Assembly: GCA_963704165.1 (NCBI GenBank)
Contig: CAVPHD010000001.1
Location: forward strand, 544,001-608,000
Origin: an uncultured delta proteobacterium
GTDB taxonomy: Bacteria; Myxococcota_A; UBA9160; SZUA-336
DNA length: 64,000 bases
Direction: 5' to 3'
Under the pieces are notes generated by a model, which saw only the letters and a program-made list of their open reading frames with translations, made no database searches and was not told the origin of the DNA. The position numbers and the translations under genes are program-made. This document shows positions 16,759 through 26,836 of this stretch, in pieces; position 1 is the stretch's first letter; each line of letters starts with the position of its first letter.

Positions 16759-16788
16759 GCCCATGGGCTTCGGCCCATGGGCTTTTCT
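16759..16788 (+). terminator. Intrinsic-terminator-like hairpin oriented antisense to the cargo genes
   Basis: GCCCATGGGC-TTCG-GCCCATGGGC (10-bp perfect stem) followed by TTTTCT on the + strand. Confidence 0.6.
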
Positions 16789-16809
16789 ACATCAGATACG
16801 CGAAAATGC

Positions 16810-16876
16810 TGGAGCCGGAGGGGATCAAACCCTCGCGCCCAAGTTCCAAGCCCGGACGCAGTACCAACTCGGCCCC
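16810..16876 (-). ncRNA. tRNA-like RNA (67 nt) with Ala-type acceptor stem and no D-stem
   Basis: GGGGCCG/CGGCTCC-A acceptor (G3:U70, A73); 10-nt AGTTGGTACT linker; 9-bp stem GCGTCCGGG/CTTGGGCGC with loop CTTGGAA; T-arm GAGGG-TTTGATC-CCCTC; followed by GCA rather than CCA. Confidence 0.65.
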
Positions 16877-16988
16877 GAAGGGATCGCTCACCATGGCCCG
16901 CCCCAAGCCGTCCCAACGCGCTTGGAGGCGGGCCTTCTGGTTACGGCCACCAACTCCGGTGAACAGGAGAGCGGTGGCTAAACGGTCC

Positions 16989-17714
16989 TCATGATTCCTC
17001 CAGCGGCAGGGTCGCTAGAAACTTCGCCAACCGGTCTACGTCGGCGGCTGTCAGATCCATAGGCAGCGCGAGCTTGATAGGCATGTCCCGACGAAGTTGG
17101 AACGGATGGACCATGAACCCAGAAGGGGTGTCAATTACTGGTGTGCGGTGAACGTCATCGTTCGGCGTACCCTGATCGCGCTGTCCGGATCCGCGTTTCT
17201 TGCTTGGCTTCCGCGAGCTCCGGGACTGAGCCGATTGCTGTCTACTAGCTCCACCTGCACCACGGCGGGGCTCGAAGTGGGGCGATATAGTCAGCTTCGC
17301 TTCCTGCATCGCGGAAAGGTAGAATCGCACTGCTTTATCGAGGACTTGGTTCTCTGCCTTGCCTCGTGTTCGGAATGCTTCCTTGAGCTGCGCGATGGTG
17401 CCAGAGTCGAGATCCACTCCTGCGAGAATCTCGCCGTACGCCTCTGAGATTGCGTTTCCTAGCGCCTCCGGCCACGTCGATGTACCATGGGCCTTCACGA
17501 CGGCCCGAAGCCGATCGGTAACAATTCCGGGGCCTTGGATCATCCCGAGAAAACGGAGAGCAACGCGCAGATGGCTTTGGGTTGCGCCGGACATGCTGGT
17601 CATCAGGCTCGCGTCGATCGCCGGGGGAAGGGCGGTTTTGCTCAGCTTTCCGATGAAGCCCAGGAAGGTCTGGAAGGGTACGTAGGGCGGTCGAGCCGTT
17701 TCTTCTTTGCTCAT
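16989..17714 (-). CDS. IS passenger: DUF5343-like protein
   Basis: PPYVPFQTF..FI..L....LP..ID.S.M..MSG.TQ..L..ALRFLG pattern (family assignment from memory), basic linker and short C-terminal LP.DLT.ADVDRL..FL domain. SD GGAG precedes ATG 17714. Confidence 0.6.
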   Translation of the reverse strand: MSKEETARPPYVPFQTFLGFIGKLSKTALPPAIDASLMTSMSGATQSHLRVALRFLGMIQGPGIVTDRLRAVVKAHGTSTWPEALGNAISEAYGEILAGVDLDSGTIAQLKEAFRTRGKAENQVLDKAVRFYLSAMQEAKLTISPHFEPRRGAGGASRQQSAQSRSSRKPSKKRGSGQRDQGTPNDDVHRTPVIDTPSGFMVHPFQLRRDMPIKLALPMDLTAADVDRLAKFLATLPLEES

Positions 17715-17746
17715 CATCAACTCCGTGAATTACGTGGAGAGCGACA

Positions 17747-18028
17747 ATGGAACAGACAAGTCGAGTCGTGTCAACCCCAGCGGAGTACGTCACGGATGCA
17801 GTGACGGCGCTCGTGCGGGCGTATGGCGATGAGGCGGTAGAGCTGCGGGCCTTCCGTACCGCTGCGGACCGCGTAGCAGTTGTCGGTCCTGATGGAACTA
17901 CGACCGGATATCCGATCTGCTTCGTGTACGAGTGGGATGCCCAGCTGTTCGAGCGCCTGAGTGCTGCATACGGCGCAGCCGATTGCGCGCAGCTCGAACG
18001 GCTGTGGACCCTCGCGAAGCCCTTCTAG
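17747..18028 (+). CDS. IS passenger: hypothetical protein, convergent on the transposase
   Basis: Only ORF filling the gap. GGAG precedes the ATG; the start may instead be GTG 17801. Confidence 0.45.
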   Translation: MEQTSRVVSTPAEYVTDAVTALVRAYGDEAVELRAFRTAADRVAVVGPDGTTTGYPICFVYEWDAQLFERLSAAYGAADCAQLERLWTLAKPF

Positions 18029-18984
18029 TACGAATCGCGCATCAAGCGCTTGCCATCGCCATTCCGAATCGCCAGCACCGTTCGATCGCCGTCGTCCATC
18101 TTGCGAGCGTTGTAGCGGAACTCGAACTCTGCCACGTAGCGATGCAGGTGCTTCGGCGAGACGTGGTGGAACGTTCCGTAGATCCCTCGCTTCAGCAGCG
18201 AGAAGAAGCCCTCGACGGTGTTGGTCGTTACGTCGCCGCGGGCGTACTCGTAGAGGCTGTGCTTCACCGCGTGATGGCCTCCCGCGAAGTGCTTGTTGAG
18301 CCCGCGATATGGATGCGCCTCGTCGGTCATGATGCGCGCGCTAGGGTCAACGTGCTGGCGGACCTTGGCCTTCAGGTTCTGACCCGGACCCTTCGGGACG
18401 TGTGAAGCGCGTGCATTGCCACCGCGCTCGACCATCGCGAACACGGTCTCCTTGGGCGTGCGCTTGTTCTTGCCGTGGAGGCGCTGGTTGCGCATTCGAG
18501 TCCGGCCACCGACGTAGGTCTCATCAACCTCGACGGTGCCCTGGAGCTGCGGTGGCGTGGAGTGGTCTTCGGCCATCGCGAACCGGATGCGGTGCATCAT
18601 GAAGAGCGCGCTCTTGTATGTGAGCCCGGTCTCCCGCTTGATCTGGAGCGCCGAGACGCCTTTCTTCGACGAGCACGCGCGCCAGAAGGCATGGCACCAG
18701 ATGCGCATCGGGATCGGGCTGTCCTCGAAGATCGTACCGACCCGGACGGTGAACTGGCGCTTGCAGCCCTTGCAGCGCCACAGGAAACGCTTGCTGCGCT
18801 CGCCGGTGGTGCGATCCTTCATCGCGTACACGTTCACGTCACCACAGCGCGGGCAGGCGGGCTCGCCGCCCCACCGCTGGGCTTCTATGAACTCGACCGC
18901 AACGCTTTCGTCGCGACACGCCTCTGGGAGTTGGGCGATGATCGAGTCCTTGTCCTGCCCGACCTTGCGTTGTCGTTGTGCCAT
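18025..18984 (-). CDS. IS1595-family DDE transposase
   Basis: Zn ribbon CPRCG...WRCKGC; KKGVSALQI HTH; VEVDETYVGG, IMTDE and TNTVEGFFSLLKRGIYGTFHHVS.KHLHRYV.EF.FRYN. Confidence 0.96.
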   Translation of the reverse strand: MAQRQRKVGQDKDSIIAQLPEACRDESVAVEFIEAQRWGGEPACPRCGDVNVYAMKDRTTGERSKRFLWRCKGCKRQFTVRVGTIFEDSPIPMRIWCHAFWRACSSKKGVSALQIKRETGLTYKSALFMMHRIRFAMAEDHSTPPQLQGTVEVDETYVGGRTRMRNQRLHGKNKRTPKETVFAMVERGGNARASHVPKGPGQNLKAKVRQHVDPSARIMTDEAHPYRGLNKHFAGGHHAVKHSLYEYARGDVTTNTVEGFFSLLKRGIYGTFHHVSPKHLHRYVAEFEFRYNARKMDDGDRTVLAIRNGDGKRLMRDSY

Positions 18985-18990
18985 GCCCGT

Positions 18991-19019
18991 AGACTAGAGG
19001 AATCAACGGTTTGCGTCAA
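18991..19019 (-). promoter_or_regulatory. Putative sigma70 promoter of the transposase (-35 inside the TIR), likely leaderless mRNA
   Basis: TTGACG (19019-19014), 17 nt, TAGTCT (18996-18991), then 6 nt to ATG 18984; no SD. Confidence 0.6.
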
Positions 19020-19032
19020 GTATCTAATTGCC
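19011..19032 (+). repeat. Right terminal inverted repeat
   Basis: TTGCGTCAAGTATCTAATTGCC, inverted copy of 15469-15490. Confidence 0.9.
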
Positions 19033-20195
19033 GAAGTTCTCGGCTCGACGCCGAGCTCGCGATCGAGCTCGGCACCCTGCGCGAGAGGAGCCTGTACAGG
19101 CGTCTCCGGCGCATCGAGGGACGACAGGCGCCGCGCATGCGCGTCGACGGCCGCGAGTGCACGATGCTCGCCGGATCGAACTACCTCGACCTCGCGGGTG
19201 ACGCGCGCGTGATTGCCGCCGCGCAGAGCGCAGCGGACGAGTACGGCACCGCCGCGGCGGGATCGCGGCTGATCAACGGAAACCTCGCGCTCCACGAGGA
19301 GCTCGAGGCCGATCTCGCGCGCTTCACCGGCCACGAGGCCGCGCTCGTCTTCAGCAGCGGGTACATGGCGAATCTCGGGGTGCTCGGCGCGCTCTGTGGA
19401 CCCGACGACGTGATCGTCTCGGACTCGTTGAACCACGCGAGCATCATCGACGCCTGCAGACTCTCGCGCGCACAGACGCGCGTGTTCCGCCACAACGACC
19501 CCGCGGATCTCGCGCGTGTCGCCGCGGAGCTCGCCGGCTACCGGCGTCGGGTGCTGGTCGTCGATGGCGTCTACAGCATGGATGGCGACAGGTCGCGGCT
19601 CTCCGAGCTCGTGCCGATCGCGCGAGCTCACGAGATGATCGTCGTGCTCGACGACGCGCACGGTCTCGGCGTGCTCGGCGCGACGGGCCGCGGCGTATCC
19701 GAGGCCGAAGGCGTCGCGGTCGACCTCTCGATCGGGAATCTCGGCAAGGCACTCGGCAGCTTCGGCGCGTTCGTCGCCTGCTCGGCGCGCGTGCGCGAGT
19801 ACCTGGTGAACACCTCGCGCAGCTTCATCTTCACCTGTGCGGTCGCGCCGCCCGCGCTCGGCGCGGCACGCGAGGCGCTGCGGATCGCGCAAGGGGAACC
19901 GGAACGCCGAAAGCTCCTGCTCGAGCGCGCGGAGCAGCTCCGCGTCGGCCTGCGTACGGCCGGCTACGACACGGGCGCGAGCACGACGCAGATCGTTCCG
20001 GCGATCGTCGGCGAGAACGACGCGGTAATGCGACTGACCGAAGCCGCGCTCGAGCGCGGCGTCTACGCGCAGGGCATCCGCCACCCGTCCGTGCCGCACG
20101 GCACGGCCCGGATCCGCTTCACGCCCACCTGCGCGCACACGGCCTCGGACATTGTCCGGGTGGTCGAGATCTTCGCGGAGCTTCGCGACTCGTGA
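19011..20195 (+). CDS. bioF: 8-amino-7-oxononanoate synthase (start now lies in the IS TIR)
   Basis: SNYLDL, GSRLING, FSSGYMAN, SDSLNHASIIDAC, DGVYSMDGD, DDAHG and LGKALG (PLP Lys); followed by bioA and bioD. Confidence 0.9.
   Translation: MRQVSNCRSSRLDAELAIELGTLRERSLYRRLRRIEGRQAPRMRVDGRECTMLAGSNYLDLAGDARVIAAAQSAADEYGTAAAGSRLINGNLALHEELEADLARFTGHEAALVFSSGYMANLGVLGALCGPDDVIVSDSLNHASIIDACRLSRAQTRVFRHNDPADLARVAAELAGYRRRVLVVDGVYSMDGDRSRLSELVPIARAHEMIVVLDDAHGLGVLGATGRGVSEAEGVAVDLSIGNLGKALGSFGAFVACSARVREYLVNTSRSFIFTCAVAPPALGAAREALRIAQGEPERRKLLLERAEQLRVGLRTAGYDTGASTTQIVPAIVGENDAVMRLTEAALERGVYAQGIRHPSVPHGTARIRFTPTCAHTASDIVRVVEIFAELRDS
19033..19040 (+). repeat. Right 8-bp target-site duplication GAAGTTCT
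   Basis: Identical to 15461-15468. Confidence 0.88.
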
Positions 20196-20211
20196 GCGAG
20201 CGGCGGAGGCG

Positions 20212-21570
20212 ATGAGCCGAACGCGCGAGCTTCGCGAGCGCGACCAGCGCGCGCTCTGGCACCCGTTCACCCAGATGAGTGACTGGATGGATGGGCACCC
20301 CATCGTGATCGATCGCGGCGAAGGCAACTACCTGATCGACACCGAAGGAAACCGGTACCTCGACGGCGTCTCCTCGCTCTGGGTGAACCTGCACGGTCAC
20401 GATCACCCGACCCTGCGCGCTCGGATTCACGAACAGCTCGACAAGCTCGCTCACTCGACGCTGCTCGGATTGGCGGGAACGCCCTCGATCGAGCTGGCCG
20501 AGAAGCTCGTCGCCGTGGCGCCGCCTGGGCTCACGCGCGTCTTCTACAGCGACAACGGCTCGACCGCCGTCGAGGTCGCGCTGAAGATCGCCTTCCAGTA
20601 CTGGCAGCAGAAGAGCGAAGCGACGCGAGTCCGCACGCGCTTCGTCGCGCTGCGCGACGCGTACCACGGCGACACGCTCGGAGCCGTCGCGGTGGGGGGA
20701 ATCGAGCGCTTCCACGAGGCGTTCCGTCCGCTCGTCTTCGACGTGCTCCGCGCGCAGAACGCGTACTGCTACCGCTGCCCGTACGGTCTCGAGCAGAAGA
20801 CGTGCGGGATCCACTGCCTGGAATCGCTCGAGAGCGTTCTGGAGGAGCACGGCCACGAGGTTGCGGGCGTCGTCGTCGAGCCGCTGCTTCAGGCCGCAGC
20901 GGGAATGCTGCTGCTGCCCGACGGCTGGCTTCGGCGCGTGCGGGAACTCTGCGATCGACATGGGACGCTCTTGATCGTGGACGAGGTCGCGACGGGCTTC
21001 GGCCGCACCGGGACGATGTTCGCGTGCGAACACGAGAATGTGTCACCGGACCTGATGGCGATCGCGAAGGGCATGACCGGGGGCTATCTGCCGCTCGCCG
21101 CGACGCTCGCGACCGAGGAGATCTTCGCGGCGTTCCTCGCACCGACGCACGCCTCGCGCCAGTTCTTCCACGGCCACTCGTACTCGGGGAATGCGCTCGG
21201 TTGCGCCGCGGCGCTCGCCAATCTCGAGATCTTCGAGAAAGAGGACGTGCTCGGCCGCGTCGCGCGAACCAGCGAGCGTCTGGGCTCGAAGCTCGAGGAG
21301 CTGCGTGCGAGCGCCTGCGTGGGCGACATCCGCCGTCGCGGGTTGATCGCCGGCATCGAGCTGGTTCGCGATCGCGAGACGCGCGAGCCGTTCGATCCGC
21401 GCGACCGCGTCGGGCATCTGGTCTGCACCGCGATGCGCAAGCACGGCATCATCCTCCGGCCGCTCGGTGACACGGTGGTGGTGATGCCACCGCTTTCGAT
21501 CCGCGACACCGAGATCGATGCGATCGTCGATGCGCTCGCGCTCTGCATCCGCGAGGTGACCGGCGCGTGA
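20212..21570 (+). CDS. bioA: Adenosylmethionine-8-amino-7-oxononanoate transaminase
   Basis: WHPFTQM, SSLWVNLHGH, GSTAVEVALK, YHGDT, DEVATGFGRTG and AKGMTGGYLPL. Confidence 0.95.
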   Translation: MSRTRELRERDQRALWHPFTQMSDWMDGHPIVIDRGEGNYLIDTEGNRYLDGVSSLWVNLHGHDHPTLRARIHEQLDKLAHSTLLGLAGTPSIELAEKLVAVAPPGLTRVFYSDNGSTAVEVALKIAFQYWQQKSEATRVRTRFVALRDAYHGDTLGAVAVGGIERFHEAFRPLVFDVLRAQNAYCYRCPYGLEQKTCGIHCLESLESVLEEHGHEVAGVVVEPLLQAAAGMLLLPDGWLRRVRELCDRHGTLLIVDEVATGFGRTGTMFACEHENVSPDLMAIAKGMTGGYLPLAATLATEEIFAAFLAPTHASRQFFHGHSYSGNALGCAAALANLEIFEKEDVLGRVARTSERLGSKLEELRASACVGDIRRRGLIAGIELVRDRETREPFDPRDRVGHLVCTAMRKHGIILRPLGDTVVVMPPLSIRDTEIDAIVDALALCIREVTGA

Positions 21571-22238
21571 GCGCCGTCTTCGTCACCGGCACCGACACGG
21601 GATGCGGAAAGACGACCTTCGCGTGCGCGCTCGCGCGCAGCGTTCGCCGCCAGGGAAGACGCGTTCGCGTGCTGAAGCCGATCGAGACGGGCTGTCTGAA
21701 CGGCGTGCCCGCCGACGCGCTCGCGCTGGCCGAGGCGGCGGGCGACGACCGGCCCGTCGAGCAGCTCTGTCCACATCGCTTCGCGCTTCCGGCCGCGCCC
21801 GAGATCGCCGCGAGGACCGAGGGCGTGACGATCGACCTGGAAGCCATCGAGGCTGCGCTCGCGCGTGCGCGTGCCGACGCCGACCTCGTGATCGTCGAGG
21901 GCGCGGGCGGACTGCTCGTTCCGATCACGGACAGGCTCGACATGGCCGGGCTCGCCGGCCAGCTGCGGCTTCCGCTGCTGATCGTCGCGCGCGCGGCGCT
22001 CGGCACGATCAACCACACACGGCTCTCGATCGAGGCCGCACGTGCGCGCGACTTGCCGGTTCTCGGGGTCATGATCAATCACACCACCGCGGATCTGTCC
22101 GCGGCCGATCGCCGGAACCTCGACCTCTTGATCGAGCGTCTTTCGGTTCCGCTCCTCGGCGAGCTGGCCTTCGGCGCGCGTGAGCTGCCCGCGGGCTTCG
22201 ACGTGGCGGCGTTCCTGGCTTCCGCCGGCAACTCCTGA
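21567..22238 (+). CDS. bioD: Dethiobiotin synthase
   Basis: FVTGTDTGCGKT, KPIETG, VEGAGGLLVP and LGTINHT. Confidence 0.95.
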   Translation: MSAVFVTGTDTGCGKTTFACALARSVRRQGRRVRVLKPIETGCLNGVPADALALAEAAGDDRPVEQLCPHRFALPAAPEIAARTEGVTIDLEAIEAALARARADADLVIVEGAGGLLVPITDRLDMAGLAGQLRLPLLIVARAALGTINHTRLSIEAARARDLPVLGVMINHTTADLSAADRRNLDLLIERLSVPLLGELAFGARELPAGFDVAAFLASAGNS

Positions 22239-22274
22239 CTCAAGTCGCATCCGTCTCTGGCCGAAATCTGCTCG

Positions 22275-22871
22275 ATGGCGCGCGGCCAGCAAGATCCCGT
22301 CGACGAAGAGCTCGACGAGCTCGACCAGGGCCTGAAGCGCCTGCGGGTGGAGTACGACCAGTACTTCCTCGGGATCCTGCGGCGCCCACCCGAAGTTCTT
22401 CAGGGGCGGATGCAGAAGATCATCGTCAAGTACGCAAATCAGATCCTTCGCAAGACGCACCAGAAGTTCCGCTTCAACCAGCTGAACTCGAAGTTCCAGA
22501 TCTACCGCCAGCAGTGGGGCCGCACGATCCGACAGATCGAGTCGGGGACGTATCGCGGCCACCGCTTCAAGGCGAAACTCCACGAACGCGAGCGGGGACT
22601 GGTCAAGACGGTGAGCGACGCTCCGACGCCCGAGGCCGAGACCCCGAAGCCCGCCAAGGCGGCGCCGATGGACCAGCTCTACGATGCGCTGATCGCGGCG
22701 CGAAAGCGCGCGGGCGAGTCCGGTCCCGATCCCGATCGCTCGAAGGTATCCGAGCTCGTGCGGAAGCAGACCGCCGCCCTGCGCGAGAAGCACCCGGGCG
22801 CGAAGGTGCGCTTCCGCGTCGCCGTGGACGGAGCGCGCGCCAAGCTCGTCGCGTCGATCGTCAAGGACTGA
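22275..22871 (+). CDS. MXAN_5187 C-terminal-domain-like protein
   Basis: L..LRVEYDQYFLG..RRPP...FRF....W.R..RQIE.G and C-terminal V.FRV.V.G..AKL pattern (recognised from memory). Confidence 0.65.
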   Translation: MARGQQDPVDEELDELDQGLKRLRVEYDQYFLGILRRPPEVLQGRMQKIIVKYANQILRKTHQKFRFNQLNSKFQIYRQQWGRTIRQIESGTYRGHRFKAKLHERERGLVKTVSDAPTPEAETPKPAKAAPMDQLYDALIAARKRAGESGPDPDRSKVSELVRKQTAALREKHPGAKVRFRVAVDGARAKLVASIVKD

Positions 22872-22899
22872 GCCGAGCCTTGCGCTAATCTGAGCCGCC

Positions 22900-24000
22900 G
22901 TGGCGAAGATTCCGATGGTCGATCTCAGCGCGCAGACGGAGGCGCTCTTCCCCGAGCTCGAGCGGGCGGTGCTCGGCGTGCTGCGCTCCGGGCGTTTCAT
23001 ACTCGGACCGAACGTCGAGGCCTTCGAGCGCGAGGCGGCTGCGTTCCTGCGCGTCCGCTTCGCGATCGGTGTCGGCTCGGGAACCGACGCGCTGGTCGTG
23101 GGATTGCGCGCGCTCGGGATCGGGCCAGGTGACGAGGTGATCGTTCCCTCGTTCACGTTCTTCGCGACCGCCGAAGCCGTGAGCCTGGTCGGCGCGACGC
23201 CGATCTTCGCCGAGATCGATCCGACGAGCTTCTGTCTCGACCCGATCGCCGTGCGTGCCGCGCTCGCTCCCCGCACGCGCGCGGTCATCCCGGTGCACCT
23301 GTTCGGGCACGCCGCGGACGTGCCCGCGCTGCGCGAGATCGTGAAGGGCAGGAAGATCGCAATTCTCGAAGACGCCGCGCAGGCCTTCGGCGCCGATCTC
23401 GGCGGCCAACGGATCGGCGGGCTCGGGGACGCCGCCGCGTTCTCCTTCTTTCCGTCGAAGAACCTCGGGGCGTTTGGCGAGGCCGGTCTAATCGCGACCA
23501 ACGACGAGCGTGTCGCCGACTCGGTGCGCAGTCTGCGCGCGCACGGATCCCGCCAGCGCTACGTGAATACGGAGATCGGGTACAACGCCCGCCTCGACGA
23601 GATCCAGGCCGCGCTCCTGCGCGTGAAGCTGCCCCACGTCGAGAGCTGGAACGTCGAGCGCCGACGCGTGGCGGCCGAGTACACCGCGAACCTCGATGGC
23701 CTGGAAGGTGTGACACCCCCGAGTGTCGCCAGCGGCAGCACCCACGTCTTCCACCAGTACACGCTGCGCATCTCGGGCGGCCGCCGCGACGCGGTCGCGC
23801 GCGCGCTCGAGGCCGCCGGGATCGCGACTCAGGTCTACTACCCGATTCCGATCCACCAGCTTCCGGTGTATGCGGATCGCAAGGTCTCGCTGCCGATCAC
23901 CGAAACCGCGGCGAGCGAGGTCCTGTCGCTGCCGATCTTTCCCGAGCTCTCCAGTGCGGACGCGCGGGAGATCGCCCGAAGGGTGCGCGAAGCGCTCTAG
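22900..24000 (+). CDS. DegT/DnrJ/EryC1/StrS-family PLP aminotransferase
   Basis: GSGTDAL, PVHLFG, EDAAQA, FSFFPSKNLG and GYNARLDEIQAA. Confidence 0.92.
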   Translation: MAKIPMVDLSAQTEALFPELERAVLGVLRSGRFILGPNVEAFEREAAAFLRVRFAIGVGSGTDALVVGLRALGIGPGDEVIVPSFTFFATAEAVSLVGATPIFAEIDPTSFCLDPIAVRAALAPRTRAVIPVHLFGHAADVPALREIVKGRKIAILEDAAQAFGADLGGQRIGGLGDAAAFSFFPSKNLGAFGEAGLIATNDERVADSVRSLRAHGSRQRYVNTEIGYNARLDEIQAALLRVKLPHVESWNVERRRVAAEYTANLDGLEGVTPPSVASGSTHVFHQYTLRISGGRRDAVARALEAAGIATQVYYPIPIHQLPVYADRKVSLPITETAASEVLSLPIFPELSSADAREIARRVREAL

Positions 24001-24134
24001 ACGCGCACCGCCACCGCAGCAGCCGAAGTCACCCCGGCCGACAGCGTCGATCCGCACGATCGGGATGGGAGAAGCGCGGTTCGCGGCTCTTTCCGATCGA
24101 CGCCGTATCGGTCGTGATCGAATGGAAGGCCGCG

Positions 24135-24539
24135 CTAGCCCTTCAACGCGTCCACGCGCGCCTGCGCGCAGTCCACCGCGTCGCGCAGCTTCTCGACCTG
24201 CTCGGGCGGAGCGGAGGAGCCGACCGCGTCGAGCGCCTCGACGGCCTCGGCGCGTCTGCGGTCGGCCTCGGCCGCGTCGATCTGCTCGGAGAGCTCGGCG
24301 ATGGGCGCGAGCACGGTTACACGCTCCTGCGTCACCTCGGCGAAGCCACCGGCGATCGCCGCTCGGCGCCCGCGACCCGACTCGACCCAGCGCACGACGC
24401 CCGCCTTCAGCTCGACGAGCACCGCCGCGTGGCCCGGAAGCACTCCGAACTCCCCGTCGCTTCCGGGCGCGACCACCTGCTCGACGTCCGCGTCGACGAG
24501 CGGACGAGCCGGGGTGACGATCGAGAACCGAAGCGGCAC
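24135..24539 (-). CDS. atpC: ATP synthase F1 epsilon
   Basis: IVTP, GEFGVLPGHA and GGFAEV. Confidence 0.93.
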   Translation of the reverse strand: MPLRFSIVTPARPLVDADVEQVVAPGSDGEFGVLPGHAAVLVELKAGVVRWVESGRGRRAAIAGGFAEVTQERVTVLAPIAELSEQIDAAEADRRRAEAVEALDAVGSSAPPEQVEKLRDAVDCAQARVDALKG

Positions 24540-24542
24540 GGA

Positions 24543-26830
<2,288 letters not shown>

Positions 26831-26836
26831 GGTCGA

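Larger units (their letters stand above)
15469..19032 (-). mobile_element. IS1595-family transposon with passenger genes (3564 bp)
   Basis: IS1595/ISXO2-type transposase, 22-bp imperfect TIRs, 8-bp TSD, and visibly more A/T than the flanks. Confidence 0.92.

Noticed and set aside
16810..16876. Calling it a canonical tRNA-Pro/Ala or an integrase att site
   Set aside because: No D-stem, over-long stem and no encoded CCA; no integrase and no second copy in the window.
16674..16916. 81-aa N-terminal extension of the NYN ORF
   Set aside because: The NYN motif starts right after ATG 16673, which has an SD; the upstream part is better explained as structured RNA.
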